This document shows, piece by piece, positions 10,152-19,204 of a stretch of 64,000 nucleotides of DNA. Location of the stretch: NCBI GenBank assembly GCA_039186015.1, contig JBCDAH010000002.1, forward strand, positions 4,601 to 68,600. Reading direction: 5' to 3'. This DNA comes from Pseudomonadota bacterium. Its GTDB lineage: Bacteria; Pseudomonadota; Alphaproteobacteria; Rhizobiales; Hyphomicrobiaceae. The position numbers and the translations under genes are program-made. A model generated the notes under the pieces. It saw only the letters and a list, made by a program, of their open reading frames with translations, was not told the DNA's origin and made no database searches. Positions within the stretch are counted from its first letter, which is position 1, and every line of letters begins with the position of its first letter.

Positions 10152-10758
10152 TTATCTCGTGCCTAACAGTGACTTCCGAAAGGCGGTTTTCATTTCGGAT
10201 GCGTGCCAATTCCGCGCGTACTTGGGCGGCGGGGTGCCGTCAACGCGCAAGAGAACAAAGGCGGGGCCGTTGGTTTGCCGCAGCACGGCGGATGCGTCCG
10301 CGAGTTGATCTTCCCGCGTCACGTCGCGGGTTGCGGCAAAGCCGGACCCTTCGGCAATTCTGGCGAGGTTGACACCCATTGCCGTATGCGAGTCCTGCGA
10401 GCCGGTCTCCTGATAGAGCGCGTTGTCGACGCAAACGACAGCAAGATTTGCCGGTTTGAGCGCGCCGATCGTCGCGAGCGTTCCGATCGACATCAGCAAG
10501 TCGCCGTCACCGGTCACGCAGAGAATGCGCTGCTCGGGGTTGTGCCAGCGCGAGGCCAAGCGCCATCGGGACGGCACCGCCCATGGCTCCGCCGAAGAGA
10601 AATGTGTTTCCGGCCTCCTGCGTCAGCGCGCCGATATCCTTTGCGGGTCCCGCCAGCCCCGAAACGATCAGGAAGTCCGCATGGTCGCCAATCAGCGCTG
10701 GAACTGCCGTCTGGCGATTGAGCCGAGATTGACCGGCAGATTGGTTTGCATCGATCAT
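10152..10758 (-). pseudogene. TPP-dependent sulfopyruvate/phosphonopyruvate decarboxylase beta subunit, interrupted by a frameshift
   Basis: Two overlapping ORFs (10507-10758 and 10152-10577) together rebuild GGAMGGAVPMALGLALAQP | EQRILCVTGDGDLLM, the TPP-binding GDG motif. The frame changes in a C4 run (G4 on the plus strand at 10536-10539). Confidence 0.6.
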
Positions 10759-10768
10759 TCTGAGGTCC

Positions 10769-11293
10769 TTAAAATGCTTTCGCGCCCAACAGGCGCTGCG
10801 ACAACATGACGGCCACGGCCCGCTCGGCCCGGAACGCCATGGTCAGCGCGGCCGTCGTCACGGTTTCGACTTCAACGGGATCATGCGCCCATAGACATTG
10901 CACGCCCATCGCGCTCAATGTCGGCTCGACCGCCTTCCCCATCGCGAACTGCCACGGGTTCCCTTCCCCGAATTCGCCGCGCATTGACACGATCGTCAGG
11001 AACGGAAACGCACCGTGCTGAATAAGAGAGAGCTGGTTGATGCAATTGCCGACACCGCTGCTCTGCATCATCAGGACAGCGCGTGCGCCGCCAAGATGCG
11101 CACCCGCGGCAATGCCGACACCCTCCTGCTCGGAGGTCAAAGGCACCGACGTTGCGTCGGGATCGGCAATGGACCGATCGATCAGAACGCGATGGCCTGC
11201 ATCGGGCACATGCGCAAAGATGGTCACATCGGCGGCACGCAACTGTTCGTAGAGTGCGTCCTGCCAACGCATTTCGCCGCCGTTCGTCGACAT
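10769..11293 (-). CDS. TPP-dependent sulfopyruvate/phosphonopyruvate decarboxylase alpha subunit
   Basis: TPP_enzyme_N-like: VPDAGH, TSEQEGVGIAAGAHLGG, MMQSSGVGN. ATG at 11293 with GGGAGAG upstream. Lies 10 nt upstream of the beta-subunit ORF. Confidence 0.65.
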   Translation of the reverse strand: MSTNGGEMRWQDALYEQLRAADVTIFAHVPDAGHRVLIDRSIADPDATSVPLTSEQEGVGIAAGAHLGGARAVLMMQSSGVGNCINQLSLIQHGAFPFLTIVSMRGEFGEGNPWQFAMGKAVEPTLSAMGVQCLWAHDPVEVETVTTAALTMAFRAERAVAVMLSQRLLGAKAF

Positions 11294-11479
11294 GGTTCTC
11301 TCCCTCATCCCCCAACGAATGATCGCTATCGTGCCGAAGACGATACGCCAAGTCGGGGCGCTTTTGCAGCCATGGACACGCACCCACGAACATAGGGAGT
11401 TGCGACGGCGAAGTCAGCGTCGCACAACTCTAAGCTGAGGTTCTCAACTTGCGACTGCCAACGATGATAGGAGCCGCCT

Positions 11480-12142
11480 ATGCCGATCCAACGTCACAGC
11501 TTGACCTTCGAGCCGCTTTCATCGGAGGCGCTGGCGGCATGGCAAGACATGCCGCCTGCAATTGTTTCGGATTGTATGAACCGATCGCAAACGCTGGCGG
11601 GTGGAATCAGCCCTATCGCCGCGGGAACCAAGTTGCTCGGACAGGCGCGAACCGTCACATGCATGGTCGGCGACAATTCGGCCGCGCATACGATAATCGG
11701 CATGCTCCGCCCGGGAGAAATCCTGGTGATCGATGCCGGCGGCTTTGAGGACACAGCCGTCTGGGGTGGGATCATGACGCACGCTGCGATGAAGATGCAG
11801 TGCGGTGGTCTGGTGATCGATGGCGCGATCCGCGACGTTGCCGAAATTCGCGAGCTTGGCTTTGCATGTTTCGCGCGCGCTGCCGTACCCGCGGGACCGC
11901 ATAAAGGGTTCGGCGGCACGATCGATGGCGCCATATCCTGCGGCGGATGTCCGGTTCAGCCCGGTGACATCGTGATCGGCGACGACGACGGTGTTTGCGT
12001 CGTTCCGTTAGCGCGCCAGGCGGAGATCCTGGCTGCATCCCGAGAGAAAGTCGCGCAAGAGGAGGCGACAATCTCCGCGATTGCCGATGGCGTGATGCCA
12101 GGTGCGCGCATGGGATTGCCGGAACCGGAAATGTTGAGCTGA
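11480..12142 (+). CDS. RraA-family protein (HMG/CHA aldolase or oxaloacetate decarboxylase-like)
   Basis: GEILVIDAGG..AVWGGIMTHAAMKMQCGGLVIDGAIRD is the RraA/DlpA signature. AGGAG lies 7 nt upstream of the ATG. Confidence 0.75.
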   Translation: MPIQRHSLTFEPLSSEALAAWQDMPPAIVSDCMNRSQTLAGGISPIAAGTKLLGQARTVTCMVGDNSAAHTIIGMLRPGEILVIDAGGFEDTAVWGGIMTHAAMKMQCGGLVIDGAIRDVAEIRELGFACFARAAVPAGPHKGFGGTIDGAISCGGCPVQPGDIVIGDDDGVCVVPLARQAEILAASREKVAQEEATISAIADGVMPGARMGLPEPEMLS

Positions 12143-12187
12143 GACGCGACGGGGCGCAGGACGCAGCCGCCGGAACATGGAACCGCG

Positions 12188-15100
12188 ATGGGTAGGAGCA
12201 TGCGCACTGACCTTCGAGAGTCGATCCGGCGCGCCGCGCTCGCCGACGAAGCGAAGATTGTCGCTGAGCTGACGGAGATGGCGGGGCTGACCGCTGCGGA
12301 ACGCACCGCTATCACCAAACGTGCCGCCGATCTGGTTCGCAGCGTTCGCGCCAGTAGCGAGCCCAAGATTATGGAGGCCATGCTCGCGGAGTACGGGCTA
12401 TCGACGCAAGAAGGTGTGGCTCTGATGTGCCTGGCCGAAGCACTCCTGCGAGTGCCGGATGCTGAGACGATCGACGATCTCATCCAAGACAAGATCGCGC
12501 CGCACGACTGGGGCTCTCACATCGGCGACTCCGGTTCCCTTCTGGTCAACGCCTCGACGTGGGCCTTGCTGTTGACCGGACGCGTCCTTGATGATGACGA
12601 GGATCACAGCGTTGTCGGGGCGCTGCGCAGCGTTGTGCGCCGTCTGGGCGAGCCCGTCATTCGGACGGCCGTCGGTCGGGCGATGAAAGAAATGGGCGCG
12701 CAGTTCGTGCTCGGACGTGACATCCACGAAGCGATGGCGCGCGGTGCAGCTGAAGTTGCACGCGGCTACACGTACTCTTACGACATGCTCGGGGAAGCCG
12801 CGAAGACCGAAGCCGATGCCGCCCGCTATCACGGCGCCTATGCCCAGGCGATAGCTGCAATTGCCCGACAAGCGAACGCCGACAACGTCAGAGACAACCC
12901 GGGGATCTCGGTCAAGCTCTCCGCCCTGCACCCGCGCTACGAGTTTGTGCAACGTGAACGGACACTGCCGGACATTACGGCGCGCGCACTGCAACTGGTT
13001 CAGGCGGCGCGCACGGCAGGCATGGGTTTGAACATCGATGCCGAAGAGGCCGACCGGCTGGATCTGTCCCTCGACGTCATCACCGCAATCCTGGCGAGTG
13101 ATGCGCTCGACGGATGGGACGGCTTCGGCGTCGTTGTCCAAGCCTACGGCCAGCGCGCACCATATGTTATCGATTGGCTGCACGCGGCCGCTGAACACCA
13201 TGATCGCAAAGTCATGGTCCGCCTGGTCAAGGGCGCCTATTGGGATACGGAAATCAAACGCGCCCAGGTGTTGGGACTGGACGGCTTTCCGGTCTTAACG
13301 CGCAAGACCCACACGGACATCAGCTTCATCGCCTGCGCCCGCAAGTTGTTGTCCATGCGCGATCGGCTTTATCCGCAGTTCGCAACACATAACGCACACA
13401 CGATTGCATCCGTTCTCGAGTTGGCCGGCAGCGACACGGACAGCTTTGAGTTCCAGCGGCTGCACGGCATGGGCGAAGCATTGCATGAGACGGTCCGACA
13501 GGAAATCGGCTGCCATACCCGCATTTATGCGCCCGTTGGCGCACATCGGGATCTTCTTGCCTATCTCGTCCGTCGCTTGTTGGAGAACGGTGCGAACTCG
13601 AGCTTCGTCAACCAGATCGTTGATGAGACCGTGTCAGCCGAAACAATCGCTAAGGACCCGTTTGCAACGGCAGACGGCTCGCCGCACCCGGCCGTTGTTC
13701 ACCCGTCCGCAATCTACGGTTCCGCCCGCCGGAACGCGCGCGGCTGGGATGTGAATGATCCCATCGATATCGCGCATATTGAAGAACGGCGTGCAGCGTT
13801 TGCCGCGCCATATCGCTGGTCGGCCGGCCGCAGCGACGGGATGGCGCGCGACATCTGCAATCCCGCCAATTCTTCCGATGTGGTTGGCATCGTATTCGAA
13901 GCGTCGGCGGACGAAGCCGGCCAAGCGGTTGAAGTGGCGCTTGCAGGGCAGCCAGGATGGGCTGCGACACCTGTCGCAGAGCGCGCAGCCATCCTCAATC
14001 GGGTCGCCGATCTGTACGAGATCCACGCTTACGAGTTTTTCGCCCTCGCGACCCGCGAGGCCGGCAAGGTGCTGCTCGATGGTATCGCGGAGGTTCGAGA
14101 GGCCGTCGACTTCCTCAGGTATTATGCGTACGAGGCGCTGCGGGTCGAGGCCAACACGGCGCCGCGCGGCGTCATAGTTTGCATTTCGCCATGGAATTTC
14201 CCGCTCGCGATATTCACCGGGCAGATTGCTGCTGCGCTTGTGACCGGCAACGCCGTGATTGCCAAACCGGCTGAGCAGACGCCAATGATCGCGGCGCGTG
14301 CAATCTCGCTGATGCACGATGCAGGCGTACCGGAAGACGCCCTGCAGTTGGTGGCCGGTGACGGCCCGTCCGTTGGCGCGCCGTTGACGGCGGATCCGCG
14401 GATCGCGGGCGTGTGCTTCACCGGCTCGACGGAAGTCGCCAAACTCATCGACCGGCAGCTCGCAACGACGGCGCCGGACGCGATGTTGATTGCCGAGACC
14501 GGTGGGCTCAATGCGATGATCGTCGATTCAACGGCACTGCCGGAACAGGCCGTGCGCGACATCATTGCCTCAGCATTCCAGAGTGCGGGACAGCGGTGTT
14601 CAGCGCTGCGCATGCTCTATGTGCAACGCGACGTCGAGGAGCGCCTCCTCGACATGCTGTTCGGCGCGATCGATGCGCTTGCGATCGACGATCCCTGGCA
14701 CCTGTGGACCGACATGGGACCGGTTATCGACCACGCCGCCCGCCACGACATCATGGCGTACTGCGATCGGATGGAAGCGCAAGGGCGCCTGCTGAAACAA
14801 GCTCAGGTCTCGCAAGACGACGGGCGATCGAACCTGTTCGTCCCTCCGACCGTTCTGCGCGTTGGCGGCATCTCCGAACTCGCACGTGAAGTGTTCGGTC
14901 CGGTCCTCCACGTTGCACGGTTCGATCCGTCGCAACTCGATCAGGTGATCGCGGACATCAATCGCAAGGGCTACGGTCTGACGTTCGGGCTGCATACGCG
15001 GATTGATCGACGTGTCCAGGACCTGGTCGACGACCTCAACGTCGGCAACCTCTACGTCAATCGCAATCAGATCGGAGCGATTGTGGGATCGCAACCGTTT

Positions 15101-15799
15101 GGCGGCGAGGGGCTGTCCGGAACAGGGCCGAAAGCCGGTGGTCCACATTACCTGTCCAGATTTCGCCGCGGACCGCTCCCGACAGCAGACGGCTGCCAAC
15201 CGGTTCGCACGCCAAACGTATCCGGCAATCAACTTCGCGATGAGATCGCGGCATTGAATGGAGCGGATTGGGCCGAGCGCCGCGGACGTGTCACAGCGCT
15301 GCGGGCCGCGCTCCGCGGCAAGGGGGCAACGGCGATGGCCGCGGCGGCCGCGCTGGATGCGGGCCCCGTTGATTTGCCCGGCCCGACCGGCGAGTCCAAT
15401 CGCTACGCGCTGGCGCCAAGGGGTGTGATCGTGTGCCTGGGGCCGACCGCCGACGCTGCGCTGGATCAGGCAATCCAAGCCCTACGGACTGGCAATTCCG
15501 TCATCGCTGTCATTCCGGATGCGAAGGCCGCGCTGGCGCCGCTGGTCAACGGCGCGTTCCCGCTCCGCGCAATTGACGGCCACGTCGCCCCCAGCGCGTT
15601 GGAGGCGCTGGATATTGCCGGTGTCGCGTACGTTGGCGGGCAACCGGAGTTGCGGCGAGCACTGGCAGAGCGGTGCGGACCGATCATTCCGCTGATCTCA
15701 GAGCGGTTTGATCCGGCAGCCTATGCGCACGAACGCGCCGTCTGTATCGATACGACCGCGGCCGGCGGCAACGCGACGTTGCTCGGCGAGGCGGATTGA
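12188..15799 (+). CDS. putA: bifunctional proline dehydrogenase / L-glutamate gamma-semialdehyde dehydrogenase
   Basis: 1203-aa ORF. The PRODH barrel region (YSYDMLGEAA, VSVKLSALHPRY, NIDAEE, LVKGAYWD, ATHNAH) is followed by an aldehyde dehydrogenase domain (ISPWNFPLAI, FTGSTEVA, ETGGLNAMIVD, QRCSA). No N-terminal RHH domain is evident. Confidence 0.9.
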   Translation: MGRSMRTDLRESIRRAALADEAKIVAELTEMAGLTAAERTAITKRAADLVRSVRASSEPKIMEAMLAEYGLSTQEGVALMCLAEALLRVPDAETIDDLIQDKIAPHDWGSHIGDSGSLLVNASTWALLLTGRVLDDDEDHSVVGALRSVVRRLGEPVIRTAVGRAMKEMGAQFVLGRDIHEAMARGAAEVARGYTYSYDMLGEAAKTEADAARYHGAYAQAIAAIARQANADNVRDNPGISVKLSALHPRYEFVQRERTLPDITARALQLVQAARTAGMGLNIDAEEADRLDLSLDVITAILASDALDGWDGFGVVVQAYGQRAPYVIDWLHAAAEHHDRKVMVRLVKGAYWDTEIKRAQVLGLDGFPVLTRKTHTDISFIACARKLLSMRDRLYPQFATHNAHTIASVLELAGSDTDSFEFQRLHGMGEALHETVRQEIGCHTRIYAPVGAHRDLLAYLVRRLLENGANSSFVNQIVDETVSAETIAKDPFATADGSPHPAVVHPSAIYGSARRNARGWDVNDPIDIAHIEERRAAFAAPYRWSAGRSDGMARDICNPANSSDVVGIVFEASADEAGQAVEVALAGQPGWAATPVAERAAILNRVADLYEIHAYEFFALATREAGKVLLDGIAEVREAVDFLRYYAYEALRVEANTAPRGVIVCISPWNFPLAIFTGQIAAALVTGNAVIAKPAEQTPMIAARAISLMHDAGVPEDALQLVAGDGPSVGAPLTADPRIAGVCFTGSTEVAKLIDRQLATTAPDAMLIAETGGLNAMIVDSTALPEQAVRDIIASAFQSAGQRCSALRMLYVQRDVEERLLDMLFGAIDALAIDDPWHLWTDMGPVIDHAARHDIMAYCDRMEAQGRLLKQAQVSQDDGRSNLFVPPTVLRVGGISELAREVFGPVLHVARFDPSQLDQVIADINRKGYGLTFGLHTRIDRRVQDLVDDLNVGNLYVNRNQIGAIVGSQPFGGEGLSGTGPKAGGPHYLSRFRRGPLPTADGCQPVRTPNVSGNQLRDEIAALNGADWAERRGRVTALRAALRGKGATAMAAAAALDAGPVDLPGPTGESNRYALAPRGVIVCLGPTADAALDQAIQALRTGNSVIAVIPDAKAALAPLVNGAFPLRAIDGHVAPSALEALDIAGVAYVGGQPELRRALAERCGPIIPLISERFDPAAYAHERAVCIDTTAAGGNATLLGEAD

Positions 15800-16114
15800 T
15801 TGCGGCATCGGTGCGATATGCGATATGCAAAGGGGGGAGCGACGGCGTGATATGCAAAGACAGGCATGGGCGGACCGGAAATGACCGCCCGATACATATG
15901 ACCATCAACATGATCATGCGCATGAATTGGTGATGCGCCTCGCTCAGGCTTGAAATGACCTGGACAAACCCTGATCTGCGTGCTGTTGCATGCGTCGGCT
16001 GCAGCCAAGCTGCGACGCGAAGGCAGCTTTGTGACTCGACGTTTGATCTGTCCAGCCGCTTGGTTCCAACTTCAGATGAGATTTGTGATGGGTGCGCTTT
16101 CATTTCGCACGGAA

Positions 16115-16993
16115 ATGGCGTTTGACTACGGTGAGCCAAGCGAACTGCAGCCCAATGTGCTCCGGCTTGTCGCTAACAACCCGAGCCCATTCACCTTCAA
16201 AGGCACGAACACGTACATTGTCGGCACGTCGACGCTGGCGATCATCGACCCCGGCCCGGACGACCCGGGCCACCTGTCCGCCATTCTGTCGACTGTGGCA
16301 GGGCGCGACGTTTCACATATCCTCGTGACGCACACGCATCGCGATCACATCGACGGCCTTGATGCGTTGGTTGAGGCAACGGGCGCGAAGGTCTGCGGAT
16401 ATGGGCGCAAAGGCGTTCCGATGGACGAAATTCTGTTGTCGCCCAGCGGGCGCAGCTTTATCGACGTGGACTTTGACCCGGACATCAAATTGCGGACCGG
16501 CGATCAACTGGCAGGTGACGGTTGGGCGATTGAGGCGTTACACACCCCTGGGCATGCGCTCGATCATCTGTGTTTCGCTCTGGAGGGAACCGGCGCTGTG
16601 TTCTCAGGTGATCACGTGATGGCCTGGAACACCACGGTTGTCGCGCCGCCCGAAGGGCATATGGGTGATTATATCGCATCCTTGGAACTGCTGCTCGCGC
16701 GACAGGACGCGGTGTTCTTTCCAGGCCATGGTGGTCGCATCGCGGATCCGCGACGCACGTGCCGAGCCTACCTGATCCATCGCAAAATGCGCGAGCAGGC
16801 CATTCTGGACGCGATACGTGCCAATGTTGGAACAATCGATGCCATTGTGGCTCAGATCTATGAGCACCTCGATCCGAAATTGATGAATGCGGCCAAGCTC
16901 TCCGTGCAGGCACACGTGGAGCACTTGATCGAGCGCGAGCTTGTTTCGGCGCCGCAAGAGATTGATTTCACAACCGAGTTGCGCGCCAGCTGA
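16115..16993 (+). CDS. MBL-fold metallo-hydrolase
   Basis: HTHRDHIDG metal-binding motif, TPGHALDH, and an N-terminus NPSPFTFKGTNTYIVG typical of this beta-lactamase-fold subfamily. Start set at MAFDYG; the longest ORF starts at 15980. Confidence 0.75.
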   Translation: MAFDYGEPSELQPNVLRLVANNPSPFTFKGTNTYIVGTSTLAIIDPGPDDPGHLSAILSTVAGRDVSHILVTHTHRDHIDGLDALVEATGAKVCGYGRKGVPMDEILLSPSGRSFIDVDFDPDIKLRTGDQLAGDGWAIEALHTPGHALDHLCFALEGTGAVFSGDHVMAWNTTVVAPPEGHMGDYIASLELLLARQDAVFFPGHGGRIADPRRTCRAYLIHRKMREQAILDAIRANVGTIDAIVAQIYEHLDPKLMNAAKLSVQAHVEHLIERELVSAPQEIDFTTELRAS

Positions 16994-17042
16994 CAGGTCG
17001 CTAACTGGCCTAACCGCGTTTTCAAACCGTCACGGGAACGTG

Positions 17043-17867
17043 TTAACGCGCCTGCCGCGCGTTCGGCACGGTCAAGCGCAGCCGTTCGACCAGCTCGTTC
17101 AAAATCTGACGCACGCGCGCCGCGTTCCGCCCGAAGTCGTGCTCGCCCCAGCGCGAAGCCGAACGAATGTCGATCCGTGCGCCACGGCGCAAACGGACAA
17201 CGCGAATTGCGACATCGTCCCGGAATCCCAGAATCAGCGTGCGATCCACGGCTTCAAGCTGCCCCGGCCGCCCTTGTTCCGGTGGTTGCTCAGCAACGAT
17301 TTCCATTTGCAACTTGCGCAGAGCTTGGCCGGCAAGTTCGAACGCCTCAGCCGGCGCGCGATCAATCACGAGCGGCTGAATGTCGGGATAACGTTGGCCC
17401 TGCAATGCCGCTGCATCCGCACCGGGATATTCGACCGAGCGCGCGCCCATGGGCCGCTTCTCCTTTGCGGTCAGGAAGTCCGGTGGCGCATCGATATCCG
17501 TTGTGATGTCATTCAGTGGTTCTGTGCCCAGGGCCGTCGGCGCGTAGGCAGCCGGCCAGGCCAGGATTGCGCCCGAGATTGCGAGCGCGACCAATCCGCC
17601 GGTCAGTCCGTCGCGCGCTGTCCGCCAAACGATAACAAACGCGATCAGCGCCAACACGGACGACAGGGCTGCGAGCGCGAACGCGAGCAGGAACATATTC
17701 AGTGCGGCAGGTGTCATAAGCCCGGCGAACCGGTGCAGCAAACCTGCCGAAATCAACAACGCGGCCGCAAAGATCGCGATGCGGGCCGCCCATGTACTGG
17801 CGGCCACCGGCCTGAGCTCGAATGCGTCCCGCCCTCGTGAGACGTGCCGTTGGTTCGCCGCAGTCAT
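17043..17867 (-). CDS. DUF1499-like membrane protein
   Basis: Three or four N-terminal TM helices, then a C-terminal domain with DDVAIRV...IDIRSASRWGEHDFGRNAARV, which resembles DUF1499. The plus-strand ORF 16941-17840 is Arg/Cys-rich junk. Confidence 0.6.
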   Translation of the reverse strand: MTAANQRHVSRGRDAFELRPVAASTWAARIAIFAAALLISAGLLHRFAGLMTPAALNMFLLAFALAALSSVLALIAFVIVWRTARDGLTGGLVALAISGAILAWPAAYAPTALGTEPLNDITTDIDAPPDFLTAKEKRPMGARSVEYPGADAAALQGQRYPDIQPLVIDRAPAEAFELAGQALRKLQMEIVAEQPPEQGRPGQLEAVDRTLILGFRDDVAIRVVRLRRGARIDIRSASRWGEHDFGRNAARVRQILNELVERLRLTVPNARQAR

Positions 17868-18007
17868 GCTCACGTTCACGCCCCTCCGGCTCACATCATC
17901 TGATGTGTCATCTTAATCGTCGCGTTTCCCAAAAGCGGCCCAGAGCGCGACGGCAACTGATAAGACTGTTAGCAACGTGGTATCCGAACAGCCTTTGTCA
18001 CGGCAAG

Positions 18008-19177
18008 ATGCGAGTCGCGTGTGCTGAAATTGCGGTGGCAAGCGTCGAAAAACGACCGAACCCGGAGGATAGCTTGGACCGTCTCGCTCCACGACACATC
18101 CTCGGCCGTTTCATAACGGTGGTCCTTGCACTGTCGGCGCTCACGACGCCAGGGCGAACACAAACGGCGGAACCGCCTGAACGTGCGCCTGCGCCGATCG
18201 TCGAGGACTATGATCCGGCGCTTGCACCCGTCAGTCCGCGGATCGGAACCATCGCTCGGAAACTCCGGCTCGCCGTCTGGACCGCAGATCCCGAAGCAGC
18301 GCCGCCGCCCAAAACAGTCGAAACGCGCTGGAGAACAAGCTTCGGTGCCGAGCGGCGGAGCCAGCGGCAATTCACGTTTGCGCGGACAGGCCTGCAGGCC
18401 GATGTGATTGCGATCCGCGGGCTGACGCAACTGCAGCATCTACGTCAGTTGTTTCATGCGCGCGATTACTTCGTGATTCCGTCGCGCCAAATGCGTGCGG
18501 CAGCGCTGCACGCGCGGTCCGGTTTGGCGGCGCCTGCTGCGGGCACGGTGGCCCTGGCGGTTCGGCGGCGCGGCGGCTTTCGTGTATCGCGGACTGTCAA
18601 CGTCACGCTGCACCCGCCAGCCAATCGCGGAAGCGGGACCGCATCCACGCGCCAAGGCCGGGCCGTTGGCCAGGGCACGTCCGACGCCATCGGCGTACGC
18701 ATAACCGGAGGCGGCCGCGTCTTCTGGCTGCTGATTGCCGACCTGTCCGCCGATTGCAAAGATCAAACGCTGTGTTGGTCTCGAGAGCGCCGGCTTGCCG
18801 TCCTGCGGTCCTGGATCGCGAAGATCCGCAGATATGGTCATGATGTCGTGACCGTCGTCGCCGGAGCACGTTTCGACACGACGACGGACCCGGACGCCAA
18901 GACCTTCTCTCGCCGTTTCCGCGGGACACCGTCGGACGATCTCGCGTGCCGTCCGACAGACTTGGTGATCACGCGCTGGCCCGGCCGGGCGCTTGCGCCG
19001 GGCTGGCACGACGGAGCCCTGTGGGCCAAAGCCGGGCAAAGCGCATTGTGTACATTGATCGTTCAGGCTGATCTCAACCCGCCATCACGACGACAACCAA
19101 AACCACGCGCCAGACCGAGGTCCACGTCTCAGCCAGGCACGTGGCGTTCCAATGTCGTGCGCGATCGCACCGACTAG
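18008..19177 (+). CDS. hypothetical protein (possible degenerate endonuclease/exonuclease/phosphatase-like fold)
   Basis: It is the longest ORF in this interval on either strand. Segments ADVIAIRGL, VFWLLIADL and VVTVVAGARFD sit in the order of EEP-family blocks, but the canonical E and N residues are replaced. Start uncertain. Confidence 0.35.
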   Translation: MRVACAEIAVASVEKRPNPEDSLDRLAPRHILGRFITVVLALSALTTPGRTQTAEPPERAPAPIVEDYDPALAPVSPRIGTIARKLRLAVWTADPEAAPPPKTVETRWRTSFGAERRSQRQFTFARTGLQADVIAIRGLTQLQHLRQLFHARDYFVIPSRQMRAAALHARSGLAAPAAGTVALAVRRRGGFRVSRTVNVTLHPPANRGSGTASTRQGRAVGQGTSDAIGVRITGGGRVFWLLIADLSADCKDQTLCWSRERRLAVLRSWIAKIRRYGHDVVTVVAGARFDTTTDPDAKTFSRRFRGTPSDDLACRPTDLVITRWPGRALAPGWHDGALWAKAGQSALCTLIVQADLNPPSRRQPKPRARPRSTSQPGTWRSNVVRDRTD

Positions 19178-19204
19178 ATCATTTCCGCCTACGGCGAAAA
19201 TGCT

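Noticed and set aside
12398-15478. Several minus-strand ORFs of 160-290 aa (12398-13201, 13634-14317, 14122-14613, 14600-15478)
   Set aside because: All are antisense to putA, whose single 1203-aa frame carries the PRODH and ALDH signatures.
16941-17840. 299-aa plus-strand ORF
   Set aside because: It competes with the DUF1499-like minus-strand gene. The plus-strand product is Arg/Cys/Gln-rich without TM or motif structure, whereas the minus-strand product has clean TM helices and a conserved C-terminal domain.
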